A DNA stretch of 29,014 nt from Candidatus Bathyarchaeia archaeon (GCA_049515895.1 JBEKTQ010000031.1:1-29014), one strand, 5' to 3'. Positions 1 to 8,987 are shown, counted from the first letter of the stretch. Numbers and translations: made by a program. Notes: generated by a model not told the origin, from the letters alone.

Positions 1-609
1 TGATGAAACCGTGAACCAGTTGTAGTTTGAACCGTATATTGGCTCTTGCCAGTAAGCTGTCGGTAACGGAGCACCTGTGGTCACAGGAATTGGTGCTGTC
101 TGAACTGTAAGCGTTGTTGACGTGCTGCTCGGCAGATAAGTGTCGCCAACGAGGGTTGAAGTGGGATTATACTGGCCAGCGTATGCTGCATAAGCTTGTC
201 CTGGAAATTTAAAGGTTAGAGTGTACGTGCCAGTTGTGGAGGGAGTGAAGGAATAGGCTTGTGATGATGTTGAGTCTGAGACGACAGTAAAGGTTTGCGT
301 TGTGTTTGTACCGTCAGGTGCAGTAATGATAAGATTGTAGTTGTGGAATCTATAATTGTCTGAAAGCAATGCTGCGCTTGAACCAACGGTTGCAACACCT
401 GCCGCTCCAAAAACACAGTCAAGCCACATGTAAACGTGCGCTGTCTGGCCTACACCTATAGGGTTAGGTTCAGCCCATATGTAGGCGTAAGTTGGAATGT
501 TCCATGGCGGCGTATGCGCGTTAGCGTTTGGTATCAGTATCATTGAAGATGCCATTGAGAATGTTAATATTGCTGCAATCAAAATAGCTAAAGTTTTGTT
601 TTTTATCAT
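1..609 (-). CDS. Secreted PQQ-like beta-propeller surface protein paralog, N-terminal 203 aa (runs off window)
   Basis: Missing from the ORF track; manual translation from ATG 609 (SD AAAGGAG) is open to base 1: MIKNKTLAILIAAILTFSMASS...ANAHTPPWNIPT...PNPIGVGQ...PLPTAYWQEP. Clearly homologous to the 2129..4915 protein. Confidence 0.9.
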   Translation of the reverse strand, partial: MIKNKTLAILIAAILTFSMASSMILIPNANAHTPPWNIPTYAYIWAEPNPIGVGQTAHVYMWLDCVFGAAGVATVGSSAALLSDNYRFHNYNLIITAPDGTNTTQTFTVVSDSTSSQAYSFTPSTTGTYTLTFKFPGQAYAAYAGQYNPTSTLVGDTYLPSSTSTTLTVQTAPIPVTTGAPLPTAYWQEPIYGSNYNWFTVSS

Positions 610-641
610 TTTAGTTTTCTCCTTTAATCTTATTTTGGTTT

Positions 642-705
642 GAGAAGAAGCAGAAAAGACGCCTCTTCTCGAAGTAGCCTCTCTCTATTCAAGTCATATA
701 AGTAA
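642..705 (-). promoter_or_regulatory. TATA box plus 5' leader hairpin of surface-protein gene 1
   Basis: Minus-strand TTATAT (701-696), then about 26 nt later an 11-bp stem GAGAAGAGGCG/TGCTTCTTCTC (670-642). Same layout as 2036-2120. Confidence 0.65.
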
Positions 706-789
706 TTTGCGCTAACCGGCACACTCAATTCTTCTCTTGTTGACTTTTTTTGGGATAAACGTGATTACAGGAAATTTAGGGAGATTTTA

Positions 790-955
790 AACCTTTCCTA
801 ACCATTTTTAACCATTCCTAACCAATTTTAGACTTTTTGGACCAATTCTAACCATTTTCAACCGTGACCTGCAACCAATCCAACCCCTGTTTCAAGAAAG
901 CAAACCAAAACACAAAGAAAAAATTTGAGTTCCCACCAAACCGAAACTCCTCAAA
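790..955. repeat. 10-bp-phased RAC array plus conserved block (dispersed element, copy 1)
   Basis: AAC/GAC at 790,800,810,820,831,840,850,860; 875-927 matches 9473-9525 at 43/53 without gaps; TTTGAG(924-929)/CTCAAA(950-955) stem. Confidence 0.85.
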
Positions 956-999
956 AAATGACCACGGGTGTCAGAACTTCAAACTAGAAAAGACGATTC

Positions 1000-1150
1000 T
1001 GCCTTGGCAGGTGACGTTAACTCGGTGCGAGTTGGGGATAGGTGTCATGACAAGTTGGGTTTACCCGCATCTTGTCAGCGCGGCCAGCCAAGGCAATTTT
1101 ACCAGTAGTGATGGTAGCTGCCTTATCGGCAAACTATAGATGGCGGCGGG
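1000..1150. ncRNA. Candidate multibranch structured RNA
   Basis: GC-rich patch in AT-rich intergenic DNA with nested stems: TGCCTTGGC/GCCAAGGCA (1000-1008/1087-1095), AACTCG/CGAGTT, TGACAAG/CTTGTCA, TACCA/TGGTA, TGCC/GGCA. Strand not determined. Confidence 0.45.
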
Positions 1151-1313
1151 GAAAATTAAGAGTTGCACACATAAAATATTTAGAAAACATACAGGATGGC
1201 GAAGCCTAAATAGAATACAAGCAGAACGACATTAGAAAAAACAATATGGAAAATCTTGCAAGAAATTTATATAACAAGAAGCCTACGTTCATACGAGCAC
1301 GGGAAAGAAAGCG

Positions 1314-1859
1314 ATGAGAAGAATCCTTAAAGTGATCTTGATAGTTGCCGTTGTCATAGTTGTCGCCACCTTAGTCGGTATTGCCGTCTGCTTTTCCGAC
1401 GTGGCCGCCTACACCGCCACGGGCTCCAAAACCTTGCAGCCACACGGCACTTCGGTGGGAAAAGCCCTTGTTGCTTATGACCCAGGGCTGTCCGGAGCGT
1501 CACACAGCATAGCAATAAAAATAGCCGGCGACCTACAAGCGAAAGGGTACACAGTAAATTTGGCGGGCATAAAAAGCTCAGCTGCTGCCCATACCTCAGG
1601 CTATAGCGTCATAGTTGTTGGAGGACCGATTTACGGCGGAAAACCAACCAGTTCGGTCGATGGATTTCTAAGCAAACTAAACCCCGATCAAGGAACCAGG
1701 GTCGGCGTTTTCGGAAGCGGCAGCTTCGGCGGCCCAACCGGCAAAGTTGTTTTGCTGCCGAAGAACAGTAATTTGACGATTACTTTTTCTACCAAAATAT
1801 TGTCCAGTGACATTCAATCCGTCCGCTGCCAAGAATTCGTAAACCAACTACTCAAATAA
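1314..1859 (+). CDS. Membrane-anchored flavodoxin-fold protein
   Basis: N-terminal TM helix, then flavodoxin-like pattern LVAYDPGLSGAS...YSVIVVGGPIYGG...VGVFGSG. Confidence 0.8.
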   Translation: MRRILKVILIVAVVIVVATLVGIAVCFSDVAAYTATGSKTLQPHGTSVGKALVAYDPGLSGASHSIAIKIAGDLQAKGYTVNLAGIKSSAAAHTSGYSVIVVGGPIYGGKPTSSVDGFLSKLNPDQGTRVGVFGSGSFGGPTGKVVLLPKNSNLTITFSTKILSSDIQSVRCQEFVNQLLK

Positions 1860-2027
1860 CCTGACTAAACACGCTTTTGATTAGCTATATCAGAGATTTT
1901 TACATCAAGATCACGGTAAGTTTTTTTGTTAACGGTAATTCTTCATGCGTGGTTGAATTCTCTCAGGGGTTCCTAGCAAGTCTACACAGGTGCAGACAAA
2001 AAAAATACCCTTTAGACCTTGATTCAA

Positions 2028-2120
2028 GAAAGTTATTTATACGAATTACGTGATGAAGCTGGATGTTGAGAAGCGCTTTTTTGTGCTTCTTCTCAACACA
2101 AATAAATGTTAAAGGAGAAA
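2028..2120 (+). promoter_or_regulatory. BRE/TATA, 5' leader hairpin and SD of surface-protein gene 2
   Basis: GAAAGTTATTTATA (TTTATA 2036-2041); hairpin TTGAGAAGCGC-T6-GTGCTTCTTCTCAA from 2066; SD AAAGGAG at 2111. Confidence 0.65.
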
Positions 2121-2128
2121 AAAGAAAA

Positions 2129-4915
2129 GTGAAAACAATAAAAAGTAAAGCTTTGGCTATTCTGATTGCAGCAATATTAACAATTTCAATGGGAGCTTCA
2201 ACAATGCTTATGCCTAACGCTTACGCGCATTCGCCCGCTTGGAATATTCCAACCATAGTATACTGCACCGTGGGAACCAACCCAGACGGCATAGGCCAAC
2301 CAGTAAACATCGGCTTTTGGCTTAACACACCGCCACCGGATGCGAGCGGCCCATATGGTGACAGATGGATGGGCATGATGGTAAAAGTTACTCTCCCCGA
2401 TGGCACTACCCAAAATCTTGGCCCCTTTACGTCTGATGACACAGGAGGCACACACACACAATTCACTCCAGCCGCACTAGGCACCTACACTTTCCAGATG
2501 AGCTTTCCAGGACAAACATTAGCAGGCAAAAACCTCGCACCAACAGTTAGCCCAGCAACCACTGCCTTTATCGGCGATTACTATGAACCAAGCACCAGCA
2601 ACGTAGCAACAATGACAGTGCAACAATCACCAGCAGGAGGAGTAACACCAGCGCCACTTCCAACGACCTACTGGCAGACCCCAGTAAACGCAATGAACGT
2701 CAATAACTGGTACGCTATTACCGGTGCAGATCTTAGCATAGGAGGAGCCGGCTTCGGAATTCAGTATAACGCCAGCTCCAACTATAACCCGTACACGACA
2801 GCGCCAATCACTGCTCACATCATTTGGACAAAGCCTGAGGCGTTCGGAGGCGTACTAGGCGGAGATTTCGGTGGAACAACCACCTACGGCAACTATTACT
2901 CGACAGCGCAATACGAGCCAAAATATGAACCAGTCATCATTAATGGCTATCTCTACTACAATGTAATCCCGGGAAGTTCAACCACTCCAACAGGCTTAGT
3001 TTGCGTGGACTTATACACTGGACAAACAGTATGGACTGACAATGCCGACAACTACGGCGGCGGTTCTCCATCATACAATGCTCTAACCACATCTGGCGTA
3101 GTTACGACTCTAAAATGTGGGGAAATACTCGATTTCGTGACTCCTAACCAGTATGGAGGCCTCGCATACCTATGGACCACCGGAACCCCTCTATGGATTC
3201 AACAGGAAGTAAATACCCAAGAAACTCCGCTTGGCACTCCAATTGCCGGTGGACTCCATATTACCGGAACTACGTTAAACCTGTTCGACGCAGAAACTGG
3301 AACCTATATCGATAGCGTTGTCAACGGTACTTCCCCGACGCTTACAACCGATGCTAGTGGAGACTTGATAGGTTACTACAACAACTACACTGCTGGCTCG
3401 CAAGCGGTTATGGGCACAATCAACGATCTTGTTGGACCCGCGCCGACGATAAATACACAGACTGGACCCAGCTTGACCGAGTGGAACTCAACAGAATGCA
3501 TCATGGCAGGCGGTTGGTTTGCCACTGCAGCAGGTTGGGAGTGGAGACCTCCAATGGATGGCATAATTCCTTTTGCGGATGGAATAGTGTGGAGGACGCC
3601 GATAGCAACTACCTTGAACGGCAATGCAATACCTGCATACACGACGGCACCTGGCGGAATAAAAACCATTAATAGCGGCGTAATTGTTGAGGCAGCTTAC
3701 TCTGTTACAGGCGCATCTTACTTCCAAGCTGGATGGGGAGTTTTCTCAGGCTACAGCTCAACTACAGGACAGCAACTGTGGGTAGAAAACATAACAATGG
3801 CACCATTCACCGAAGACGGTAATACTGGCGGAGGCACTGCTGGCGACGGCGTTTGGCTTATACCCCAACATCAAATCGGGACTATCGCGGGTTACAGTTT
3901 GGCCACAGGGAAACAACTTTGGACAACTTCGCTTGTACCCTTTAATCCTTACGATAGCATCGGTGGCTACATGTCTGTTCTCGCTGGTGGCACGCTTTAT
4001 CTGGCCGGTTTCGGCGGAGACATATGGTCCATCAACATGTTGACGGGAACAATCAACTGGTACACCAACACAACAGCAATTCAAGGCTCCGCAGGCACTA
4101 ACAGTCCTTACGGTGTGTGGCCACTCTGGGGCTTCGCCAACGGCGGCGTGGCCGACGGCGTTCTGTTCCTCGATGAGGGACACGAATATAGTCCGCCACT
4201 ATTCCTTGGAGCGCAGCAACTGGCTATCAATTGCACTACTGGAAAGCTCTTATGGGATATAGACGCTTTCGACGTTTGCACCGTACCCGCCATGGCATAT
4301 GGTGTCATGACAGTGCTCAACGCATACGACAACCAGATATACGCATACGGCATGGGACCAAGCGCAACCACAGTTTCCGCGCCTAGCGTTGGGGTAACAA
4401 CCTCTACACCGATAACGATAAGTGGAACAGTAATGGACATCTCAGCTGGCTCACAGCAACTTGCAGTCGCAGCGAACTTCCCCACAGGACTACCGTGCGT
4501 TTCTGACGCAAGCATGACGTCGTTTATGGAAGCCGTTTACGAACAGCAGCCAATGCCAACCAACATGACAGGAGTTCCAGTTACATTATACGTCTTAGAC
4601 AGCAACAACAATTACCGGTCAATCGGCACTACGACAACTAACGCTATGGGCCAATACAGCCTAACATGGACGCCCGACATAAAGGGTGACTACACAGTGT
4701 ACGCCACTTTTGCAGGCACAGAATCATACTACGGCTCATCCGCTTCTGCAGCCTTCCACGCCAGTTCCGTAGCACCAACGCCAGCACCGACAGCATCACC
4801 GCTCAGCGGATTAGCATCAAATAACACACTCATGTACGGAATAGTAGCAATCGTCATAGTGATAGTCATAATCGGCGCCGCAATCATGCTGATGGTCAAC
4901 AGAAAACGACCATAA
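2129..4915 (+). CDS. PQQ-binding-like beta-propeller cell-surface protein with Ig-like domain and C-terminal TM anchor (928 aa)
   Basis: Start moved to GTG 2129 based on SD and paralog alignment. Signal peptide; repeated blade motifs (VDLYTGQTVW, YSSTTGQQLW, SLATGKQLW, NCTTGKLLW); Pro/Thr linker; TM followed by RKRP. Confidence 0.9.
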   Translation: MKTIKSKALAILIAAILTISMGASTMLMPNAYAHSPAWNIPTIVYCTVGTNPDGIGQPVNIGFWLNTPPPDASGPYGDRWMGMMVKVTLPDGTTQNLGPFTSDDTGGTHTQFTPAALGTYTFQMSFPGQTLAGKNLAPTVSPATTAFIGDYYEPSTSNVATMTVQQSPAGGVTPAPLPTTYWQTPVNAMNVNNWYAITGADLSIGGAGFGIQYNASSNYNPYTTAPITAHIIWTKPEAFGGVLGGDFGGTTTYGNYYSTAQYEPKYEPVIINGYLYYNVIPGSSTTPTGLVCVDLYTGQTVWTDNADNYGGGSPSYNALTTSGVVTTLKCGEILDFVTPNQYGGLAYLWTTGTPLWIQQEVNTQETPLGTPIAGGLHITGTTLNLFDAETGTYIDSVVNGTSPTLTTDASGDLIGYYNNYTAGSQAVMGTINDLVGPAPTINTQTGPSLTEWNSTECIMAGGWFATAAGWEWRPPMDGIIPFADGIVWRTPIATTLNGNAIPAYTTAPGGIKTINSGVIVEAAYSVTGASYFQAGWGVFSGYSSTTGQQLWVENITMAPFTEDGNTGGGTAGDGVWLIPQHQIGTIAGYSLATGKQLWTTSLVPFNPYDSIGGYMSVLAGGTLYLAGFGGDIWSINMLTGTINWYTNTTAIQGSAGTNSPYGVWPLWGFANGGVADGVLFLDEGHEYSPPLFLGAQQLAINCTTGKLLWDIDAFDVCTVPAMAYGVMTVLNAYDNQIYAYGMGPSATTVSAPSVGVTTSTPITISGTVMDISAGSQQLAVAANFPTGLPCVSDASMTSFMEAVYEQQPMPTNMTGVPVTLYVLDSNNNYRSIGTTTTNAMGQYSLTWTPDIKGDYTVYATFAGTESYYGSSASAAFHASSVAPTPAPTASPLSGLASNNTLMYGIVAIVIVIVIIGAAIMLMVNRKRP

Positions 4916-4934
4916 ATAAAGAATTAACAAAACC

Positions 4935-4961
4935 TTCCCTTTCCTTTTTTTATTTTTTTTT
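4935..4961 (+). terminator. Archaeal oligo-T terminator
   Basis: TTCCCTTTCCTTTTTTTATTTTTTTTT about 20 nt after the stop codon. Confidence 0.6.
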
Positions 4962-5293
4962 AAAAAACAATGAAAAACGATTAGTTCAGAAGTATCTGGT
5001 TGGAATTAACAATAAAGTATTTAGAAATTGGTTGTTTTCTTACATTTTGATTAGTCTGTAGCATGTAAAGCGCAACTCAATCCTAGAAGAACAATAATCA
5101 TTGTTCGGTGGTTGTTTTTCCACTTTGAACAATTTCCAAATCTTCTCAGTTCTGACGGATCCTTCATCGCTATAATGCGCAAACTGCTCAAAAAGAAACG
5201 TTGAAACCGCTATTAACCGCAATCGAGGCCTAAATGAAAGTTGGGTCTCAAAACTTCATTTCGTTGAGATAAGCGAGTAAGCTAGCGGAACAA

Positions 5294-5770
5294 TTAGTGT
5301 CGATTTAATTCTTTCAATAAAGCTTTAGCTTGAGGTGGTAGCTCAGGCTTGTTTCTTCGGCCTATAATCAAGAACAAGGCTCCAATTGAAATTAGCGCTA
5401 TCCCGAAAAACGCTACACTATATTCTGGTAAAATTCCTATGTCAAGTCCAATAGTGAAAAAAACCATTGCGATCCCCATAACAACCATTATGGTGTTACT
5501 CATGGCTGCCGTTGATTGTAAGGCAAATTCCTTCTTACCGGTTTCAGTCACAAGAAAATGACCCTGTTTTTCCTCTATCATGCCTGCGTTTATCAAGTAA
5601 TTCCAATCATAGTGAAAATGGCCGTCAGACTTGTAGCCCAGTGCAGAGCTTATGTTTGATTTTACTCCTGGTTCAGCTTTAATTTTGCTGCTTGGGGCAG
5701 AATAAATGAAGTAAAGCAGTTTAGTTCTTGGTGACTGAATATCAGCGCTTATTCCCCTTGACTTCGCCAT
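5294..5770 (-). CDS. Putative membrane-bound wHTH regulator (wHTH plus 2 TM helices)
   Basis: RTKLLYFIY...ISSALG...WNYLINAGMIEE...FLVTETGK wing motif followed by two hydrophobic helices; ATG 5770 preferred as start. Confidence 0.7.
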   Translation of the reverse strand: MAKSRGISADIQSPRTKLLYFIYSAPSSKIKAEPGVKSNISSALGYKSDGHFHYDWNYLINAGMIEEKQGHFLVTETGKKEFALQSTAAMSNTIMVVMGIAMVFFTIGLDIGILPEYSVAFFGIALISIGALFLIIGRRNKPELPPQAKALLKELNRH

Positions 5771-5774
5771 TGCA

Positions 5775-5837
5775 TCAACTCCCACTTACAAAATAGCAAA
5801 GGGTAGCGAGTGCTGTGCAGCTTTGGTTTGTCTCCAT
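5775..5837 (-). CDS. Possible 20-aa upstream ORF (METNQSCTALATLCYFVSGS)
   Basis: SD GGTGA before the ATG; stop lies 4 nt before the regulator ATG. Confidence 0.3.
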   Translation of the reverse strand: METNQSCTALATLCYFVSGS

Positions 5838-5878
5838 AATTTCACCAATAATTGCTTGTCTGCTTATGAATCTATGTC

Positions 5879-5942
5879 TTAGAGCCACTATTCTAACTGT
5901 TAGAGCTGTTTTGGAGTTGCTATACTAAATGTTAGGGCTATA
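5879..5942. promoter_or_regulatory. Tandem 32-bp repeat with palindromic CTAA-N3-TTAG operators
   Basis: TTAGAGCCACTATTCTAACTGTTAGAGCTGTT vs TTGGAGTTGCTATACTAAATGTTAGGGCTATA (23/32); lies between divergent genes. Confidence 0.55.
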
Positions 5943-5986
5943 ACCTTCAAGCACAAAGTATATTTCAAAAAAATGGAGGCAAAAAA

Positions 5987-6649
5987 ATGAATGTTAACTT
6001 TGAATATAGCAAGACTCTGGCTGGCGAAGGCTCAATACTACTTTTATTAAGCCTTGTTCCTTACGCTGGCTGGATATTAGGTATAATCGGCGTAATCCTG
6101 TTTCTCAGGGGCATGAAGGAACTAGCAAATTACTATCAAGACAAAGAAATCTACCAAAACTCACTAACAGGAGTCAAATATTACATAGTCGCCATCGTAG
6201 CAGCAGCTGTAGCCATTGCAGCGATAACAATTGGCGTTGCGTCGGCAACAGGTTTTACATTTAAAGCAAGCTTTGTACCCACATTAGCCTTTGGAGTTGG
6301 CTTAGTAGCTTTCATTGTGGGGCTTGTCGTTGCTTTTGTATTCTATATCCTTGCGACGTCGCACCTAAGAAAAACCTTCAATACACTTGCTCAGAAATCA
6401 GGAGAAGCATCATTTACTACTGCTGGTAATTTGCTTTGGTGGGGAGCCTTATTGACAATAGTCTTGGTCGGCTTAATACTGATATTCATTGCTTGGATAT
6501 TTGCTACAGTGGCCTTTTTCTCCATGAAACCTCAACAACAGCAACCATACAATCCACAACAAAATGCATACACCGCCCCTTCTACACAATGGGACCAAGG
6601 AACAATGGTATCGACTAAAGGAATAAACAACAAAAGCCATCCGCAATAG
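5987..6649 (+). CDS. DUF996-family membrane protein
   Basis: Typical pattern SKTLAGEGSILLLL...L(A)NYYQDKEIYQN...LAQKSGEASFTTAG.LLWWGALLTIVLVG...AFFS; SD GGAGG. Confidence 0.85.
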   Translation: MNVNFEYSKTLAGEGSILLLLSLVPYAGWILGIIGVILFLRGMKELANYYQDKEIYQNSLTGVKYYIVAIVAAAVAIAAITIGVASATGFTFKASFVPTLAFGVGLVAFIVGLVVAFVFYILATSHLRKTFNTLAQKSGEASFTTAGNLLWWGALLTIVLVGLILIFIAWIFATVAFFSMKPQQQQPYNPQQNAYTAPSTQWDQGTMVSTKGINNKSHPQ

Positions 6650-6675
6650 GAAACGCCAAGAAGGAGAAGGATTTA

Positions 6676-7245
6676 ATGACTGAGGAAATTGGAGTCGAAG
6701 AAGGTTCCGATTGGGGGGAATTCATGAGAAAACACTGGAGAATATTTGCCGCATTTGTAGTAGCGGCTATTTTGGCGTTTGTTGGCGCGGTCTATGTTTT
6801 CGTCTGGTTCGCAGGAAACGCTCAATCAACAAGTCTGGTCCCAACAACTCTTAGCATGTGGACAATGAGTAATGTTGTGATGTTTATTCTGCATGGTATC
6901 TTCTGGGAGCTACTTTTAATCGGCGTCCCAGCAATCATAGGCGCTGTTGTAGGTTGGCAATGGTGGAGGAGACTGCCGGCTGAAGAAAAGAAGGAATATC
7001 ATTTCTTCGGCAAACGTTCACGGTCAAACGGAGCAGGAGGAACACTCTCGTTGTTGCTTTTCATCGCATTCGCAATCAAAGTCTATGTTGACGGAAACTG
7101 GAATGTAGCCATTTCAAGTTGGACATTAAACTATGTCGTAGGTTCCATGATTACAATACTGGTTTGGACTGTTGCAATCGCTGCAATTCCTACTGCAATA
7201 GGGATTATCTGGTGGATACGCCACGAGATAAACAAAAAATCCTAA
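6676..7245 (+). CDS. Hypothetical 4-TM membrane protein, probably co-transcribed with DUF996
   Basis: Four hydrophobic segments, Trp-rich; SD GGAG; 26-nt gap to the upstream gene. Confidence 0.8.
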   Translation: MTEEIGVEEGSDWGEFMRKHWRIFAAFVVAAILAFVGAVYVFVWFAGNAQSTSLVPTTLSMWTMSNVVMFILHGIFWELLLIGVPAIIGAVVGWQWWRRLPAEEKKEYHFFGKRSRSNGAGGTLSLLLFIAFAIKVYVDGNWNVAISSWTLNYVVGSMITILVWTVAIAAIPTAIGIIWWIRHEINKKS

Positions 7246-7412
7246 CCTTTTTTTAAGACGTATCGCGTCCTGCTTTTTCCCGAAACTTGAATACTTTATC
7301 GGGCTAGGTCCAGCGCTTAAATTGGCATAGTGGCTTGAGGTATGCGGTAGAATTATTAGTGCCTAGGACTATTGCTTGTGCCGAAGAAAAGTTGCGTGGC
7401 TATTGATTTGGT

Positions 7413-8657
7413 ATGACGCTTAGGAAGATTTTGGTTGTTGCTTGCGTAGTTTTGGTCGTTTTGGGTTGTGTTACCCCTCAGCTCCTAACTGTAAAAGCGG
7501 AGACAAATCAAATATACTGGGGAGCTTTCGTTGGAACAACTCGTATGGGATATTTTCCTAAAGTAGCGTCGTTCGAGGCAGCAGTTGGCAAAAACATGTC
7601 CATTTGGAACTGGATTCAAGCATGGAATGAACCGGACAGAAGTGATATTGCAAGGGGAATTTTAGACTGCTCAGAGTTTAATACAACAGTAATGAACCAA
7701 TGCAGAAACAACGGCATGATTCCCATGGTAAGCTGGGCTCCTTTGTCACCACAAAGTGACGAATCATATTATCCAACTCCCACTCTTCAGGACATTCTTA
7801 ACGGACAAGAAGATGCTTATTTAACTGCATGGGGGCAAGCTACTGCCGCTTGGGGGCATCCATTTTTTGTACGTCTTTTCTGGGAGTTTACTGGTTCATG
7901 GACGACTCATTATAATCCCTGGAGCGGCTATAACAGTGGGGCAGCTCAGTTCGTTCAAGCGTGGCAATATGTTGTGAACAAAGTTAGAGCCGCAGGAGCA
8001 GATAACATAAGCTGGGTGTGGTGTCCAGCAGATGTAGGAGACTCAGTGGCAACTTTACAGTCTGTCTATCCCGGTAATAATTACGTGGACTGGGTTGCAA
8101 CGGACGTTTATCCTAGCCAAGGGCAGGGGATGGAACCAGAAGTAACCAATATTCATACGGCAATTCCAGATAAACCAATGATGTTAGCAGAGATAGGATA
8201 TAACGGCAATGATATGGATTCTTGGTGGAATAATTTCCTAACCAATGTGCTTCCAAATCAGTACCCATACATTAAAGCTGTAATTCTATGGCAAGATGAT
8301 GAAACAAGTGGCCCGAGTCCTAATTCTCCTTCGTTTGATGTTACAAATATAGCGGGTTTTCAAAAGGGGGTTTCATCGGATTACTACAGTTTAAATGTAT
8401 ACAGCAATTTAGAGACTTCGCCAATACCGACATTAGGGCAATTTCCAACTCCAACATCTACCCACACAAACCCGACTCTTTCTCCAACTCCAACATCGAC
8501 CGCAACCAATCCGACTCTCTCCCCGACACCTACAGTTCCAGAATATGGCCAAGAATTATTGTTAGCCTTAGGCGTCACGATTGCAATTGCATTTACAATT
8601 TCTGCTTACATTAAATCAAAAAAGGAACAAAGCGATGAAGGTAAGAGTGCACAATAG
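7413..8657 (+). CDS. Secreted glycoside hydrolase family 26 (beta-mannanase/lichenase-like) with P/T linker and PEF-CTERM-like anchor
   Basis: HPFFVRLFWEFTGSW (acid/base E), WVWCP, YPGNNYVDWVATDVY, KPMMLAEIG (nucleophile E); tail VPEY-TM-KSKK. Confidence 0.85.
   Translation: MTLRKILVVACVVLVVLGCVTPQLLTVKAETNQIYWGAFVGTTRMGYFPKVASFEAAVGKNMSIWNWIQAWNEPDRSDIARGILDCSEFNTTVMNQCRNNGMIPMVSWAPLSPQSDESYYPTPTLQDILNGQEDAYLTAWGQATAAWGHPFFVRLFWEFTGSWTTHYNPWSGYNSGAAQFVQAWQYVVNKVRAAGADNISWVWCPADVGDSVATLQSVYPGNNYVDWVATDVYPSQGQGMEPEVTNIHTAIPDKPMMLAEIGYNGNDMDSWWNNFLTNVLPNQYPYIKAVILWQDDETSGPSPNSPSFDVTNIAGFQKGVSSDYYSLNVYSNLETSPIPTLGQFPTPTSTHTNPTLSPTPTSTATNPTLSPTPTVPEYGQELLLALGVTIAIAFTISAYIKSKKEQSDEGKSAQ
8445..8522 (+). 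repeat. Two 39-nt tandem units encoding the P/T linker
   Basis: PTPTSTHTNPTLS followed by PTPTSTATNPTLS. Confidence 0.8.
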
Positions 8658-8987
8658 TCAAGCAGATCAAGAAATGTTTTGATAATCGCAAGTTTATTTT
8701 GAATTCGATAAGAAAATTACCACAGAGCATAAGCAAGATGATTGAACTGTGGAAAGGATGCGGTTACTTTGACGATGCCCATTCTCAAATTTTTGAAAGA
8801 GCACTTCCATCTTTCGATTTCTTCATTCATTTCGAATTAATTGCATTGTGAACCATCGATAAGACTTTGATAAAGGTTAAATCCACTTCAACCCTTAGCG
8901 AACAAGCTCACCTTAGAACGTTAGCAAAAAGCCTTAAATCATTTTTTTGAGTGTAGATTAATTATCCTCTCCAGATGGCGTTGAAAC

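Noticed and set aside
216-422. 68-aa minus-strand ORF
   Set aside because: Alternate frame inside the real 1..609 gene.
864-1139. 91-aa ORF
   Set aside because: Spans the repeat block and structured region; no SD or recognisable motif.
2063-2128. N-terminal extension of the 950-aa ORF
   Set aside because: Covers the leader hairpin and SD; the paralog supports the start at 2129.
2198-4515. Antisense and alternate-frame ORFs in the beta-propeller gene
   Set aside because: Shadow ORFs of a long coding sequence.
1-4915. Invertible switch or DGR acting on the two surface paralogs
   Set aside because: No reverse transcriptase, no TR/VR pair and no adjacent invertase; the inverted similarity is explained by paralogy.
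5040-5222. 60-aa ORF between convergent genes
   Set aside because: No supporting features.
8716-8830. Short minus-strand ORF MNEEIERWKCSF...
   Set aside because: About 37 aa with no SD or family support.
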